A DNA stretch of 64,000 nt, from positions 1 through 64,000 of IMG/VR virus record IMGVR_UViG_3300013114_000583, one strand, 5' to 3'. This DNA comes from a virus. How positions within the stretch are numbered: position 1 is the first letter of the stretch; each line of letters starts with the position of its first letter. The position numbers were made by a program, and so were the translations under genes. The notes under the pieces were generated by a model that saw only the letters and a program-made list of their open reading frames with translations, was not told the DNA's origin and searched no databases. Of the stretch, positions 47,231 through 55,819 are shown in pieces.

Positions 47231-47713
47231 CTAAGTATCTTCGTCGGTATCTTCGTCGGTATCTTCGTCGGTATCTTCGTCGGTCTGAATTTCGACTAAC
47301 TCAATCTTAAAATTCAAATCCTTACCCGCCATCGGATGATTAAAATCAATAGTGACATTCTCTTCTGATTCGTTCAATATAGTGCCCATAACAGGGCCGC
47401 CTGCAGGGTTTGTTCCATGAACCACGGATCCTTTTACAAACGGAAAATCCGGCGGAAACTGTTCCTTTGGTACCTCTTGAATCGCCTCTGGGTGATGTGG
47501 GCCATATGCCTGATCGGAAGTTAACGTAATCTCTTTCGTTTCCCCCACAGTCATTCCTAGAACATTCTCTTCAAATCCGGGGATCATCATACCTGCTCCA
47601 AGCGTGAAACTAATTGGCTCCCCTCTGTCAAATGAACTGTCAAACTGTTCGCCGTCAGGGAACGTGCCCCTGTAGTGTACCTGTACCGTGTTTCCATTCT
47701 CTACTTTACTCAT
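47231..47713 (-). CDS. FKBP-type peptidyl-prolyl isomerase (SlyD/FkpB-like)
   Basis: VHYRG..DGEQFDSS, IPGFE, QAYG, DFNHPMAGKDL; (DEDT)4 tail. Confidence 0.92.
   Translation of the reverse strand: MSKVENGNTVQVHYRGTFPDGEQFDSSFDRGEPISFTLGAGMMIPGFEENVLGMTVGETKEITLTSDQAYGPHHPEAIQEVPKEQFPPDFPFVKGSVVHGTNPAGGPVMGTILNESEENVTIDFNHPMAGKDLNFKIELVEIQTDEDTDEDTDEDTDEDT
47235..47282. repeat. 12-bp tandem repeat x4 (coding DEDT)
   Basis: GTATCTTCGTCG x4. Confidence 0.95.
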
Positions 47714-47741
47714 TTTTTCTCCTTTATCTGAGCATACACAA

Positions 47742-47770
47742 ATTATACCTTATCTAAATATAAATGTAAA
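47742..47770 (-). promoter_or_regulatory. sigma70 promoter
   Basis: TTTACA-17-TATAAT. Confidence 0.7.
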
Positions 47771-47792
47771 CCTTTTTCTTACTTATTTTATA

Positions 47793-47865
47793 AGCTGACG
47801 GTGAGACTCGAACTCACAACCTGCTGCTTACAAGGCAGCTGCTCTGCCGGTTGAGCTACGTCAGC
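47793..47865 (-). tRNA. tRNA-Thr (UGU)
   Basis: GCTGACG/CGTCAGC acceptor, loop CTTGTAA, TTCGAG. Confidence 0.95.
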
Positions 47866-48089
47866 ACATCCTGTAGTTGGTGTCTGGTCAACGGTTTGGT
47901 GACCAATGCTAATTCGTCTGGGCCGCTCCACCTCCGAAAAAACCGATTGCCTGTTTTAAACCAACAAACTTTAAACTGCGGGATCGCCTTGCACCCATTC
48001 TCTGCTATGATATAACCAACTGGCATTTTCTGGAAAGCATAGTCTACGCGAAAATTCTTCTTCATTTTAACAATGTCACCGACCTTCAC
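47856..48089 (-). CDS. MKVGDLV-family cassette protein
   Basis: MKVGDIV; 3' end overlaps tRNA-Thr by 10 nt. Confidence 0.75.
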   Translation of the reverse strand: MKVGDIVKMKKNFRVDYAFQKMPVGYIIAENGCKAIPQFKVCWFKTGNRFFRRWSGPDELALVTKPLTRHQLQDVLT

Positions 48090-48255
48090 TAATAACTCCT
48101 ATACTTGGATGCCCCGGACAAAACCATCCGTCGCCGTCTCCGGTTTGCCACCTAATGAAAACGTGAGTAAGCGTAACTTGATGTACGATACCGATGTCTG
48201 TCGTAACGCAATCACTATACTCGGTATACCACTGGACTAAATCACCGACTTTCAC
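48076..48255 (-). CDS. MKVGDLV-family cassette protein
   Basis: GTG start at junction; ends VISEGR. Confidence 0.8.
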   Translation of the reverse strand: MKVGDLVQWYTEYSDCVTTDIGIVHQVTLTHVFIRWQTGDGDGWFCPGHPSIGVISEGR

Positions 48256-48451
48256 TGACAGCCTCGCAACAACTTGTGACAAACCATTTGATCCCCTTGT
48301 CGGCTGTCAACACTTTTAGTGTGCCGCCTTCCTCATTATCATACAGAACAATACCAACTTGATCGACTGGCTTTTCATATTTGATACGAGCGGCGTAGTT
48401 GGGGTGGTTACGTGGCGCATAATTGTAAACCACCAAATCACCGACTTTCAT
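48242..48451 (-). CDS. MKVGDLV-family cassette protein
   Basis: MKVGDLV...VSESR. Confidence 0.8.
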   Translation of the reverse strand: MKVGDLVVYNYAPRNHPNYAARIKYEKPVDQVGIVLYDNEEGGTLKVLTADKGIKWFVTSCCEAVSESR

Positions 48452-48626
48452 TGATGACCTCCAGGTGTACTCTGCAAGCTGCCCAAGCCCTCCCGCGGGT
48501 GTCCAAGATACTTACCATATCTAAAGTCGGCAGAAACCTTGTGATGAGGTATACACCGCCGGGAAAGTCAGAGCGCGCAAAACCGAGCTTACGCGGAACA
48601 TGTTGTACTAAATCGCCAACCTTCAC
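48438..48626 (-). CDS. MKVGDLV-family cassette protein
   Basis: MKVGDLV...EVINESR. Confidence 0.8.
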   Translation of the reverse strand: MKVGDLVQHVPRKLGFARSDFPGGVYLITRFLPTLDMVSILDTRGRAWAACRVHLEVINESR

Positions 48627-48819
48627 TTACAACCTCCAAGTCTTCTTCGTTATAGTCTTCAACGCCACAGCTAGGATCATCATACCACTCGACTCTAAAC
48701 AAATCATAGCACTGGTACCCACCGCAAATTTTCTTCGGCATGTACCCAATGATCATGCCAAGCGTATCATACTGGGTTTCTTTGCAGTCAATGAAATGAA
48801 CAAGGTCGCCAGGGATCAT
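48589..48819 (-). CDS. MKVGDLV-family cassette protein (junction stop lost)
   Basis: MIPGDLV...EVVSEGWRFSTTCSA. Confidence 0.75.
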   Translation of the reverse strand: MIPGDLVHFIDCKETQYDTLGMIIGYMPKKICGGYQCYDLFRVEWYDDPSCGVEDYNEEDLEVVSEGWRFSTTCSA

Positions 48820-48835
48820 AACTTAATAACCCCCC

Positions 48836-49063
48836 TCACTTAACATACATCAGGTCTTTTCTGGTGTTGGAGCGTTCGTAAGACCAGCTCCGGCGGGGAT
48901 GGGTCCAGCTGCTCCGCATCCACTGGACTATGTAATCATCGGCCCACGGTTGTGAATACTCAACCACTCTGGTGATCAGACCAATGTCATCGTGGTCGAT
49001 CCATTCTGCACGTTTTCTTTTCCGGCCATACGCCGATAGCTTCACTAAATCACCGCACTTCAT
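48836..49063 (-). CDS. MKVGDLV-family cassette protein
   Basis: start reassigned to MKCGDLV; LSAYG subfamily. Confidence 0.8.
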   Translation of the reverse strand: MKCGDLVKLSAYGRKRKRAEWIDHDDIGLITRVVEYSQPWADDYIVQWMRSSWTHPRRSWSYERSNTRKDLMYVK

Positions 49064-49220
49064 AAACACGCTCCAGTTCTCTCTTTGGCCACCACTCAGA
49101 ATGGCCCTTATCCGTAAACGTAACCTTGACGAGGTGTCCGTCGAGGCCAAGAATTATCCCAACAACGGGCTTCTTGTCTGCCCAATCATCAACATGATAA
49201 ACCAAATCGCCACACTTCAC
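49050..49220 (-). CDS. MKVGDLV-family cassette protein (56 aa)
   Basis: MKCGDLVYHVDDW..VGIIL..ERVYEVR; below ORF-track cutoff. Confidence 0.75.
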   Translation of the reverse strand: MKCGDLVYHVDDWADKKPVVGIILGLDGHLVKVTFTDKGHSEWWPKRELERVYEVR

Positions 49221-49374
49221 TCTTCGTCCCTACCATATAACTCATCAATACGTTTTTGTCGAAGATATTCTTTTATTAACTCGCGGCGGAACTCTTCCGC
49301 TTGCGAGGTGTGGCGCGCATAGGACGCCATGCGTGACAAAACATAAACACCCGCCACCAACACCACTAAAATAG

Positions 49375-49641
49375 CTATTCCTCCATCCATACCACTTCCT
49401 CTCCTCTCATAACCCTTCTCACATATGATTCAAATGGCGTTTTATCAGGCAATTGCCATAAGGCCTCTTCAGCACACCAAACAAAAGTAACAGATTTTTG
49501 TATATTGTCTTGAAACCGCACAGAGAATATGCTTCGATCTGGATATGTTTCTGAAGACACATCGCTTGCCTTAAAAATTACGCCGACTTGTTCTTTGTCA
49601 CCACGCAAAGCGACAACACAATCCCCTATTTGAAATTTCAA
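49375..49641 (-). CDS. KOW/SH3-like small protein
   Basis: MKFQIGDCVV..VGVI. Confidence 0.7.
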   Translation of the reverse strand: MKFQIGDCVVALRGDKEQVGVIFKASDVSSETYPDRSIFSVRFQDNIQKSVTFVWCAEEALWQLPDKTPFESYVRRVMRGEEVVWMEE

Positions 49642-49985
49642 AATGCAATGCTCCTGCTAATGTACATATCCGATTCCCAGAAACACCCTCTAGACTCGTT
49701 GTCATCGCTGTCGTCCCCGATTCGAAGAAAGTAATAGTCATCTTCAGAAATATTATTCATAAAAGTTTCCACCATATCTATTTCGTTATAGCCTTCATAC
49801 CACTTAACATGTGACCAGAGAAACTTAGTCGTGCACCCACCAAGAACCTCTTCAGGTTCCCATCCGCGCGATTCATCGGCATTATCAAAAAACTCTTTTA
49901 GCTCGGTATTATGCTCGCAAAGCTCTTTTAAGAGTATCGCGGCATCTGTGACCAAAGCAAGTGCTACTTCTGAGCGGTAACCCAT
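49638..49985 (-). CDS. conserved phage hypothetical protein (MGYRSEV family)
   Basis: MGYRSEV..KWY..FLRIGDD. Confidence 0.7.
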   Translation of the reverse strand: MGYRSEVALALVTDAAILLKELCEHNTELKEFFDNADESRGWEPEEVLGGCTTKFLWSHVKWYEGYNEIDMVETFMNNISEDDYYFLRIGDDSDDNESRGCFWESDMYISRSIAF

Positions 49986-49986
49986 G

Positions 49987-50244
49987 TCAATTACTCGTAA
50001 GAATTGGGAAATGGCCAATACTTCCCAAATATCCAATTAAAAGCATCGTACTTAAAAACGTAACCATGCGACCAGTAGCTAGAGCTATCGTCGAAACAGT
50101 CAATACAGCCAAAATTGCAAGAATGTCATGTGTAGACGGAACAAATAAAACAACCGACATGCAAAATAGCATTGTCACTAAATATAAATAAGATTCATAT
50201 ACTGCTTTTCCCGAACCCTTTAGAAAATCGAAAAAACTCTCCAC
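49987..50244 (-). CDS. membrane protein
   Basis: multiple hydrophobic segments. Confidence 0.6.
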   Translation of the reverse strand: MESFFDFLKGSGKAVYESYLYLVTMLFCMSVVLFVPSTHDILAILAVLTVSTIALATGRMVTFLSTMLLIGYLGSIGHFPILTSN

Positions 50245-50273
50245 TTAATTCACCTTCTTTTCAATAAGTTATG

Positions 50274-50483
50274 TTAATTTTTCTTCAAATTGTTGGAGTT
50301 ATCTTCCTCTCGAATGACTCTCCATCTTTTCGACGGCCACCATCGTGCATATCCAGCGTTATCCAAGACAAAAAGATCCTCAATTTCGTTAATATCCAAA
50401 ACCAAGCCCCAACTCATTAGGCTTTCGTATTCATCAGAGTTTATGATGTAACAAGCCACAAGGTCACCTTTTTTGATGTGCAT
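50274..50483 (-). CDS. KOW/SH3-like small protein
   Basis: MHIKKGDLV..WGLV. Confidence 0.7.
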   Translation of the reverse strand: MHIKKGDLVACYIINSDEYESLMSWGLVLDINEIEDLFVLDNAGYARWWPSKRWRVIREEDNSNNLKKN

Positions 50484-50490
50484 GAAATAA

Positions 50491-50916
50491 TTAGTCCCTG
50501 GTTAGCCATTTAACCCTTGTGCCCATTATGTGATCCATCAGCGGACACAACACACACCAGTTGGCATTCTGGTTCCTGCCCATGTGGTGCTCATAATGCC
50601 AAGGCATCCACTTCTTAAAGAAAGCTACGTGTTGATGAGTTTTGCGATGCAATACCATATAAGCGAACGCATAGATTATTACAGTTGTCGTAAACGGTAT
50701 CGAAACTAAAAATAGAGGCAGGTGTAGCACAATCGCAGCTAGAGTAATCCAAGTTTCATTGTGAAATATTTTTGTTTTATAATCTGAATCATGATTTTTA
50801 TTAGCTCTGGAGATCTTGTGGTGCTTCCAATGAAATTTGAATCGCGACTTACCCTTTGGTTTATGCAATAATATGTGGGCAGCCCAATCAATAAAATTGG
50901 CATACAGGAAGCCCAA
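50491..50916 (-). CDS. fatty acid hydroxylase/sterol desaturase family protein
   Basis: His boxes HILLH, HWKHH, HRKTH, HYEHH; DHIMGT; start uncertain. Confidence 0.85.
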   Translation of the reverse strand: MGFLYANFIDWAAHILLHKPKGKSRFKFHWKHHKISRANKNHDSDYKTKIFHNETWITLAAIVLHLPLFLVSIPFTTTVIIYAFAYMVLHRKTHQHVAFFKKWMPWHYEHHMGRNQNANWCVLCPLMDHIMGTRVKWLTRD

Positions 50917-51350
50917 GACTATTGCGGTCGTTACCCCAAGCTAGTACCCTCTGTTGGTGGAAAGTGTGTAAGATTTCACACACCTATATTAACTACTCAT
51001 CGACGACCAAAATTACCATTAAAAACACAAAAATAATAAACAAGGCTGTGATGCCTTTCCATATCGTTACCCAATCCATCAACATCTTTTATTCCTATCA
51101 GGGTTCTTGGGGCAGGCTGTCCTCGCCGCCTATGCCTCTCGCCAGCCTATGTCTAATTTTGTCCTTCTTTCTCAAATGCTCGACGTAGCAGCCCAGCAAA
51201 TGAACGTTGAACGCGGTTATAGGCAATCGCGCTATATTTCTAATATATATATCCAAGAACCCGCCGGGGAACACAACATAACCTCATATATTAAACTCTA
51301 GTTATGTTGTGGTATTGACCAACCGACACCACGCTCAACACATGGTTTTC

Positions 51351-52625
51351 TCAATCAATGGCAACAACTCTTTCGTTAGTGGTGAAATACGGACGTCGTG
51401 CATGTTCAAGCGTAGTCATCCACATTCGTTGGCACTTACTTGGTTTTGGTTTCGGAGCACACAGGTCAGTCAATACAATATGACCATCAAACTTGCCAGC
51501 ATTGTTAACATACTCAGTAGGAGCATTAAAATCAGTGCCTCCGCACATAACTCTCTCCTTTTCAACTTTTTTGCCTTTCTTCCAGGTCCAGATCAAATCC
51601 TCTTCAACTCGGGTATCGAACGGAATCACAGTAAACTCCGCGATTTCTGCTAACTTATTAAGTTCAGCAAAAAACTTACCAAGCATTTCATTGGAAACCG
51701 AACCAGACTGATCAATCGAAATAGCCACTTTAGCTACTCGATTGGACTTTTTGCCGGGATGAATATAGGCATAACGACGATTGATACGCTTAATCGAAGA
51801 AGACCTATTAGCCTTCTGACTCGCCTTGACAAAATACCGAAGAACTTTTTTCCAATCAATCTTTGTTTCAAGCACCTTCATAATCTTTTGGCGTGTATTC
51901 GCAGGAATGGAGCCCCAACTATTATTCGCCGCACATTCGTCAGACGCTTTTTTAATAATTTCCTTCAAACGCTCTTTCGCCATTTCTTTCACTTCCTGGT
52001 CGCACTTACCCCAGCCGCTATGATCATCAAGACTATCAGGAATACTCCCTTGGTCTTGGCCAGGGTCTCCACTAGAGTCCCCAGGTGGTTCTTGACCAGA
52101 GCCACCGGGTGCACTATCATCACCTTTACCGCTGCCACCACCCTGGGGGTTCTTTTGAAAATCCGGCAAGTTAGCAAGATACCACTCAGCGGATTGGCCG
52201 CGAGGCAAATTCTCAAAAGGAGAGCCCTTCTCGCCGGGAATCAACCCACCAGGAGGCAAGTGGTGAAGATGCGAATTGATAGCAAGATCAGTTGCCACGT
52301 TCCAAAGTTTCATCTTAACGCCGACAGGGAGACGATCAGTGACATGAAGAAAAAGAATGTGATAGTATTCATGTTTAAGGACGTCTCTGCGCTGCTCGTC
52401 AGTTAACCCAGCAAAAAACTCGGGATTATACAACATTTCAAATTGTGCTGTTTCTGGATTTACCATAACACCAGCAGTAGGCAAAGCATAAGATGCCCTT
52501 TTATCAATACGTCGAGAAATGGCCGCAAAGAACGGCTCATCCATCAAAAGACGAGCAGTGTGAATATTTAAATCAAACTCCTCGCGAGGAACTTTAGAAC
52601 CATTAAACATATCGCGGTCAGCCAT
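51351..52625 (-). CDS. metallopeptidase-like (HEXXH) plus VWA-like domain protein
   Basis: KHEYYH, WNVATDLAIN, DQSGS MIDAS, GGTDF, LTD. Confidence 0.85.
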   Translation of the reverse strand: MADRDMFNGSKVPREEFDLNIHTARLLMDEPFFAAISRRIDKRASYALPTAGVMVNPETAQFEMLYNPEFFAGLTDEQRRDVLKHEYYHILFLHVTDRLPVGVKMKLWNVATDLAINSHLHHLPPGGLIPGEKGSPFENLPRGQSAEWYLANLPDFQKNPQGGGSGKGDDSAPGGSGQEPPGDSSGDPGQDQGSIPDSLDDHSGWGKCDQEVKEMAKERLKEIIKKASDECAANNSWGSIPANTRQKIMKVLETKIDWKKVLRYFVKASQKANRSSSIKRINRRYAYIHPGKKSNRVAKVAISIDQSGSVSNEMLGKFFAELNKLAEIAEFTVIPFDTRVEEDLIWTWKKGKKVEKERVMCGGTDFNAPTEYVNNAGKFDGHIVLTDLCAPKPKPSKCQRMWMTTLEHARRPYFTTNERVVAID

Positions 52626-52627
52626 CG

Positions 52628-53704
52628 TTATTCACCAGACTCCTGGTCACCGGCGAGAATTCGCACAAGATAATCAGAAACTGAGTTGCCATCAACTTCA
52701 GACTGGTGCAATTTAATAGTGTTATTGAGAGCACCATTTCCCAGCACAGACCACAACTTCATTGCAACCTCTGAAGGGAGCATTATAAAATAACGAGCAA
52801 GGTTGTCAACATTTGCTTGTTCCAGCTCTTCTTTAAAAGACTCAGCGGCTTCAAACTTTTCAATTAGAGCGGTGTGATCATTGATCCCAAAATCAGCAAC
52901 CTTATCAAACTTACCGTGAACAAGAATATCTTCAACAGTAACTTGACGATCATAGTTTCCGATAAAATCGTTAAAAGCAACAGCGGCTTCAAAACCAACA
53001 AATGAACCTGCCAAGTGATATAACGTCGGACTAGACTCTAAACTTTCACCCAGCAAACCAGCAGAAGCCAAACAAGAATCAAGACGCTCCCAAGAACGGC
53101 GTGATGGATAAACTTTATTTGGCTCAAAGTCATCAGAGTGCTCAAGGTGCGCACGGTTTTGATTGATAAAATCCCAAGTTACATCAGTGATCTGGTTATC
53201 TTTTGCCCAAGATAACCAGTCTTCAGTAGAAGGCTCAACATCAAATACCGTCCAGCGATCCAACTCGGCGGGATCCATTTCGCCAACCTGATATTGCGCA
53301 CCATGATCACCACCATTAACAGCAGCAAAAATAAGAGTACCGGCATGTAGGCTATGGCCGTTCAATTTACGAGAATCTGTCAACTCAAAAATTCCTTGAC
53401 GGACTTCGAGAGTAGCTCGATCAATCTCGTCGAGAAATAAGATAACAGGCTCGTCGCAAGCTCGTTTGTACCAGTCCGGTGGATTGAATGAAGTGCTGTT
53501 ACCTTTAATAACAGGCAGCCCAACCAAATCACCCTCAGTCATCTGAGAGGCGCGCCTCTCTACCACAGGTAAGTCAATCTTTTTAGCATATTGGTAAACC
53601 ACCGTAGACTTACCAATACCGTGACGACCACGAAGCAAAACAGGTTTACGAACATCAGTAACATGATGAACGATTGCGGAAAATGTCTTGAAATCAACTG
53701 CCAT
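52628..53704 (-). CDS. MoxR-like AAA+ ATPase
   Basis: Walker A GRHGIGKS, Walker B LFLDEIDR, DPAELDRW, PSRRSW. Confidence 0.9.
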   Translation of the reverse strand: MAVDFKTFSAIVHHVTDVRKPVLLRGRHGIGKSTVVYQYAKKIDLPVVERRASQMTEGDLVGLPVIKGNSTSFNPPDWYKRACDEPVILFLDEIDRATLEVRQGIFELTDSRKLNGHSLHAGTLIFAAVNGGDHGAQYQVGEMDPAELDRWTVFDVEPSTEDWLSWAKDNQITDVTWDFINQNRAHLEHSDDFEPNKVYPSRRSWERLDSCLASAGLLGESLESSPTLYHLAGSFVGFEAAVAFNDFIGNYDRQVTVEDILVHGKFDKVADFGINDHTALIEKFEAAESFKEELEQANVDNLARYFIMLPSEVAMKLWSVLGNGALNNTIKLHQSEVDGNSVSDYLVRILAGDQESGE

Positions 53705-53760
53705 TGAAAATATCTCCTTTTAACGTGAGCAGTTCTTGTCAACCTCTACTGTATATAAAT

Positions 53761-53789
53761 AGTATGCCACGGATTGCTCTCGATGTCAA
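53761..53789 (-). promoter_or_regulatory. sigma70 promoter
   Basis: TTGACA-17-CATACT with TG. Confidence 0.65.
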
Positions 53790-53808
53790 TACTTATTTTT
53801 AATAATTT

Positions 53809-54411
53809 TTATGAAAGTTCTACTATTTTTGCAAAGCCCAGCCTCTGAACAGAATCAAGCCCACATTGCGACAATTTAATTGCTAAAGGAAGATCAAGGT
53901 TCGGGTGTTTCGCCATGTTCTCAAGCTGATATCTAGGGTGGCTACCATAATAATAATTATTGTTTTTATTCGCGTCCATGGAAAATTTTCTTGGATCGTA
54001 GCGATCATCATAAATTTTGTTCAACAAATCAGACGGCGTAGCAGAGTTTTGGCGTTGATGGCGATACCAGTAACCGCCAAAAAAAGCCTGCGACATACGC
54101 CAGCCTGATCGTGACCACGCGCCGGGGTATTTTTCATACAATTCCCAATACTTTTCTGGTTCATTTATGAAGTGACCTTGTTGAATCATTGTAGTTTTGA
54201 GCGTATAACCTTTGTTACACTCGTCGGACCACAAATAGTCTCTTACTTGTTCGGTCAACCCATCATTCTGCGCAAGATAACAATGAGCGCGAGTGTAATG
54301 CCACTTTGCAATGGCCATCTGCACACTTCCTGGGAGCCAGCGATTCTTTGCAAGACCGATGATCTCATCGTTTCGCATCTTGTGAATATTATCTATTAAT
54401 TGTCTAGACAT
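53809..54411 (-). CDS. hypothetical helical-repeat protein
   Basis: LAKN..L / MAKHPNL repeats. Confidence 0.65.
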   Translation of the reverse strand: MSRQLIDNIHKMRNDEIIGLAKNRWLPGSVQMAIAKWHYTRAHCYLAQNDGLTEQVRDYLWSDECNKGYTLKTTMIQQGHFINEPEKYWELYEKYPGAWSRSGWRMSQAFFGGYWYRHQRQNSATPSDLLNKIYDDRYDPRKFSMDANKNNNYYYGSHPRYQLENMAKHPNLDLPLAIKLSQCGLDSVQRLGFAKIVELS

Positions 54412-54641
54412 TTTTGTTCCAATGTAATAATCAATCCTTGAAGAATTGACGTGATATGATGCTTGTTATAGCCCCAACAAGGGGCTGGTTCCACCCTAAT
54501 ATGAACAATCGCATCGGTAATGGCATCTCGGACATGCCGCAAAGTTATGGCACCATCTAATTTTTTATCAGGCGGTGGCTGATCCGGGTGTGTTTCAAAC
54601 GGATTAATTTTCATTTTGTTGCCAAGAAGAATGAAAATCAT
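54396..54641 (-). CDS. hypothetical protein
   Basis: 81-aa ORF; start uncertain. Confidence 0.5.
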   Translation of the reverse strand: MIFILLGNKMKINPFETHPDQPPPDKKLDGAITLRHVRDAITDAIVHIRVEPAPCWGYNKHHITSILQGLIITLEQKCLDN

Positions 54642-55455
54642 TATATTCTTCTTTTCTTATAACACTCCATTCCTCGTGAGAGAGGGAGCGTCTTTCCTTC
54701 TCAAAGTCGCTGGCGCGCGGTCCTGGGTTGAGATTAAACCTGTCTTTCAGATGATTTGAAATCGTCTCCAGAAGAGAAGGAGGGCCCTCAACACTCCCGA
54801 CAGGACCAACAAGCTCGTAAGCAGTGACTTGATCTGAGCTTAAATCAAGGTCTTCATTAAAGACTGGTTGCAAAATTTGATGAAGGCCGATGGCAGTTAA
54901 AGACTTTACCTCATTGAAAGATGGGGGGCCATAGTAGCGACCGGGCTCATCATCATAACCAAAAGAAGATACAACCCTCGCTGTTGCAAGAGCGCGCTCG
55001 CGGTTACGCCAATCCTTCGCTATGTTTGTATCCTTTAGGAGAAAATCTACATTTGGCCAATCAATCTTGGTCACCATAGCGACCCAGCCCTTGGACCAGG
55101 GACCGCCCTGGTCACTGCGTGAACCGGTGGGGACCTTCACAAGCGCGCCTGGGCCAAAACCAGCAGAGCTTGTCACCTGATGGAATTCATGGCGATACTC
55201 CTCTTGCCTCTTAGTGATGAGCTTCCGGTCTTCTTTTAGCAAAGCGCAGCCCCTTCGGTTATGTTTTGGTTCTTTGCAATAAGAGCAGACGCGGCTTTCG
55301 ATCTGCCTTTTGCGCTCTTCTTGTTCTCTGTGCCAAGCGCGGCCGATGTACCCATCAGGGTTTTCAAGGGCAATTTTGCGCCTATCGGGACAGCCAAGGC
55401 GATTATGGCCAGGCTGGTAGCAATGGCCGCAGCGTACAGTTCCATTCCAACTCAT
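54604..55455 (-). CDS. double CCHC zinc-knuckle protein
   Basis: CGHCYQPGHNRLGC and CSYCKEPKHNRRGC. Confidence 0.75.
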   Translation of the reverse strand: MSWNGTVRCGHCYQPGHNRLGCPDRRKIALENPDGYIGRAWHREQEERKRQIESRVCSYCKEPKHNRRGCALLKEDRKLITKRQEEYRHEFHQVTSSAGFGPGALVKVPTGSRSDQGGPWSKGWVAMVTKIDWPNVDFLLKDTNIAKDWRNRERALATARVVSSFGYDDEPGRYYGPPSFNEVKSLTAIGLHQILQPVFNEDLDLSSDQVTAYELVGPVGSVEGPPSLLETISNHLKDRFNLNPGPRASDFEKERRSLSHEEWSVIRKEEYNDFHSSWQQNEN

Positions 55456-55485
55456 TGAAAAAGTTCCTTTCTTTATTGTATTTAT

Positions 55486-55514
55486 ATAATATCAGATATA
55501 GCTCTGTAAGTCAA
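55486..55514 (-). promoter_or_regulatory. sigma70 promoter
   Basis: TTGACT-17-TATTAT, TG extension. Confidence 0.75.
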
Positions 55515-55519
55515 TGAAA

Positions 55520-55747
55520 TTATTCATTTATTTTTGATAAGTGGGAGAGCCATTTTGCCCTCACCCATTTCACTTCAGAAGTTGTAATAAATTTTACTTT
55601 GCATTTGTATTCATCTGTATGCCACGGTGTTCTCTCGGGATAACTTACGTTCTTGTTGATTGGCTCAGTTTCGATCACAATACCACGTGCACCTGGGTTT
55701 TGATATTTCACTTCTACCAAATCGCCTACATCAAATTTTTGTCTCAT
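55520..55747 (-). CDS. KOW/SH3-like small protein
   Basis: start reassigned to MRQKFDVGDLV. Confidence 0.7.
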   Translation of the reverse strand: MRQKFDVGDLVEVKYQNPGARGIVIETEPINKNVSYPERTPWHTDEYKCKVKFITTSEVKWVRAKWLSHLSKINE

Positions 55748-55819
55748 GCCATGATAATAGCACATCATTGGACAAAAATTAAACACTTTGAGGAGGCTTT
55801 TTAATTCGTCGTCACTCAC

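Noticed and set aside
42218-49641. Classical integron or diversity-generating retroelement
   Set aside because: No tyrosine recombinase, attC hairpins, reverse transcriptase or adenine-specific TR/VR pair seen in the window; one elsewhere in the genome cannot be excluded.
50916-50950. Pseudogene or frameshift at the fatty acid hydroxylase 5' end
   Set aside because: One extra G in TTGGGG would give an SD-led start and a longer hydrophobic N-terminus, but all His boxes are intact and a TTG start exists; cannot distinguish from a sequencing error.
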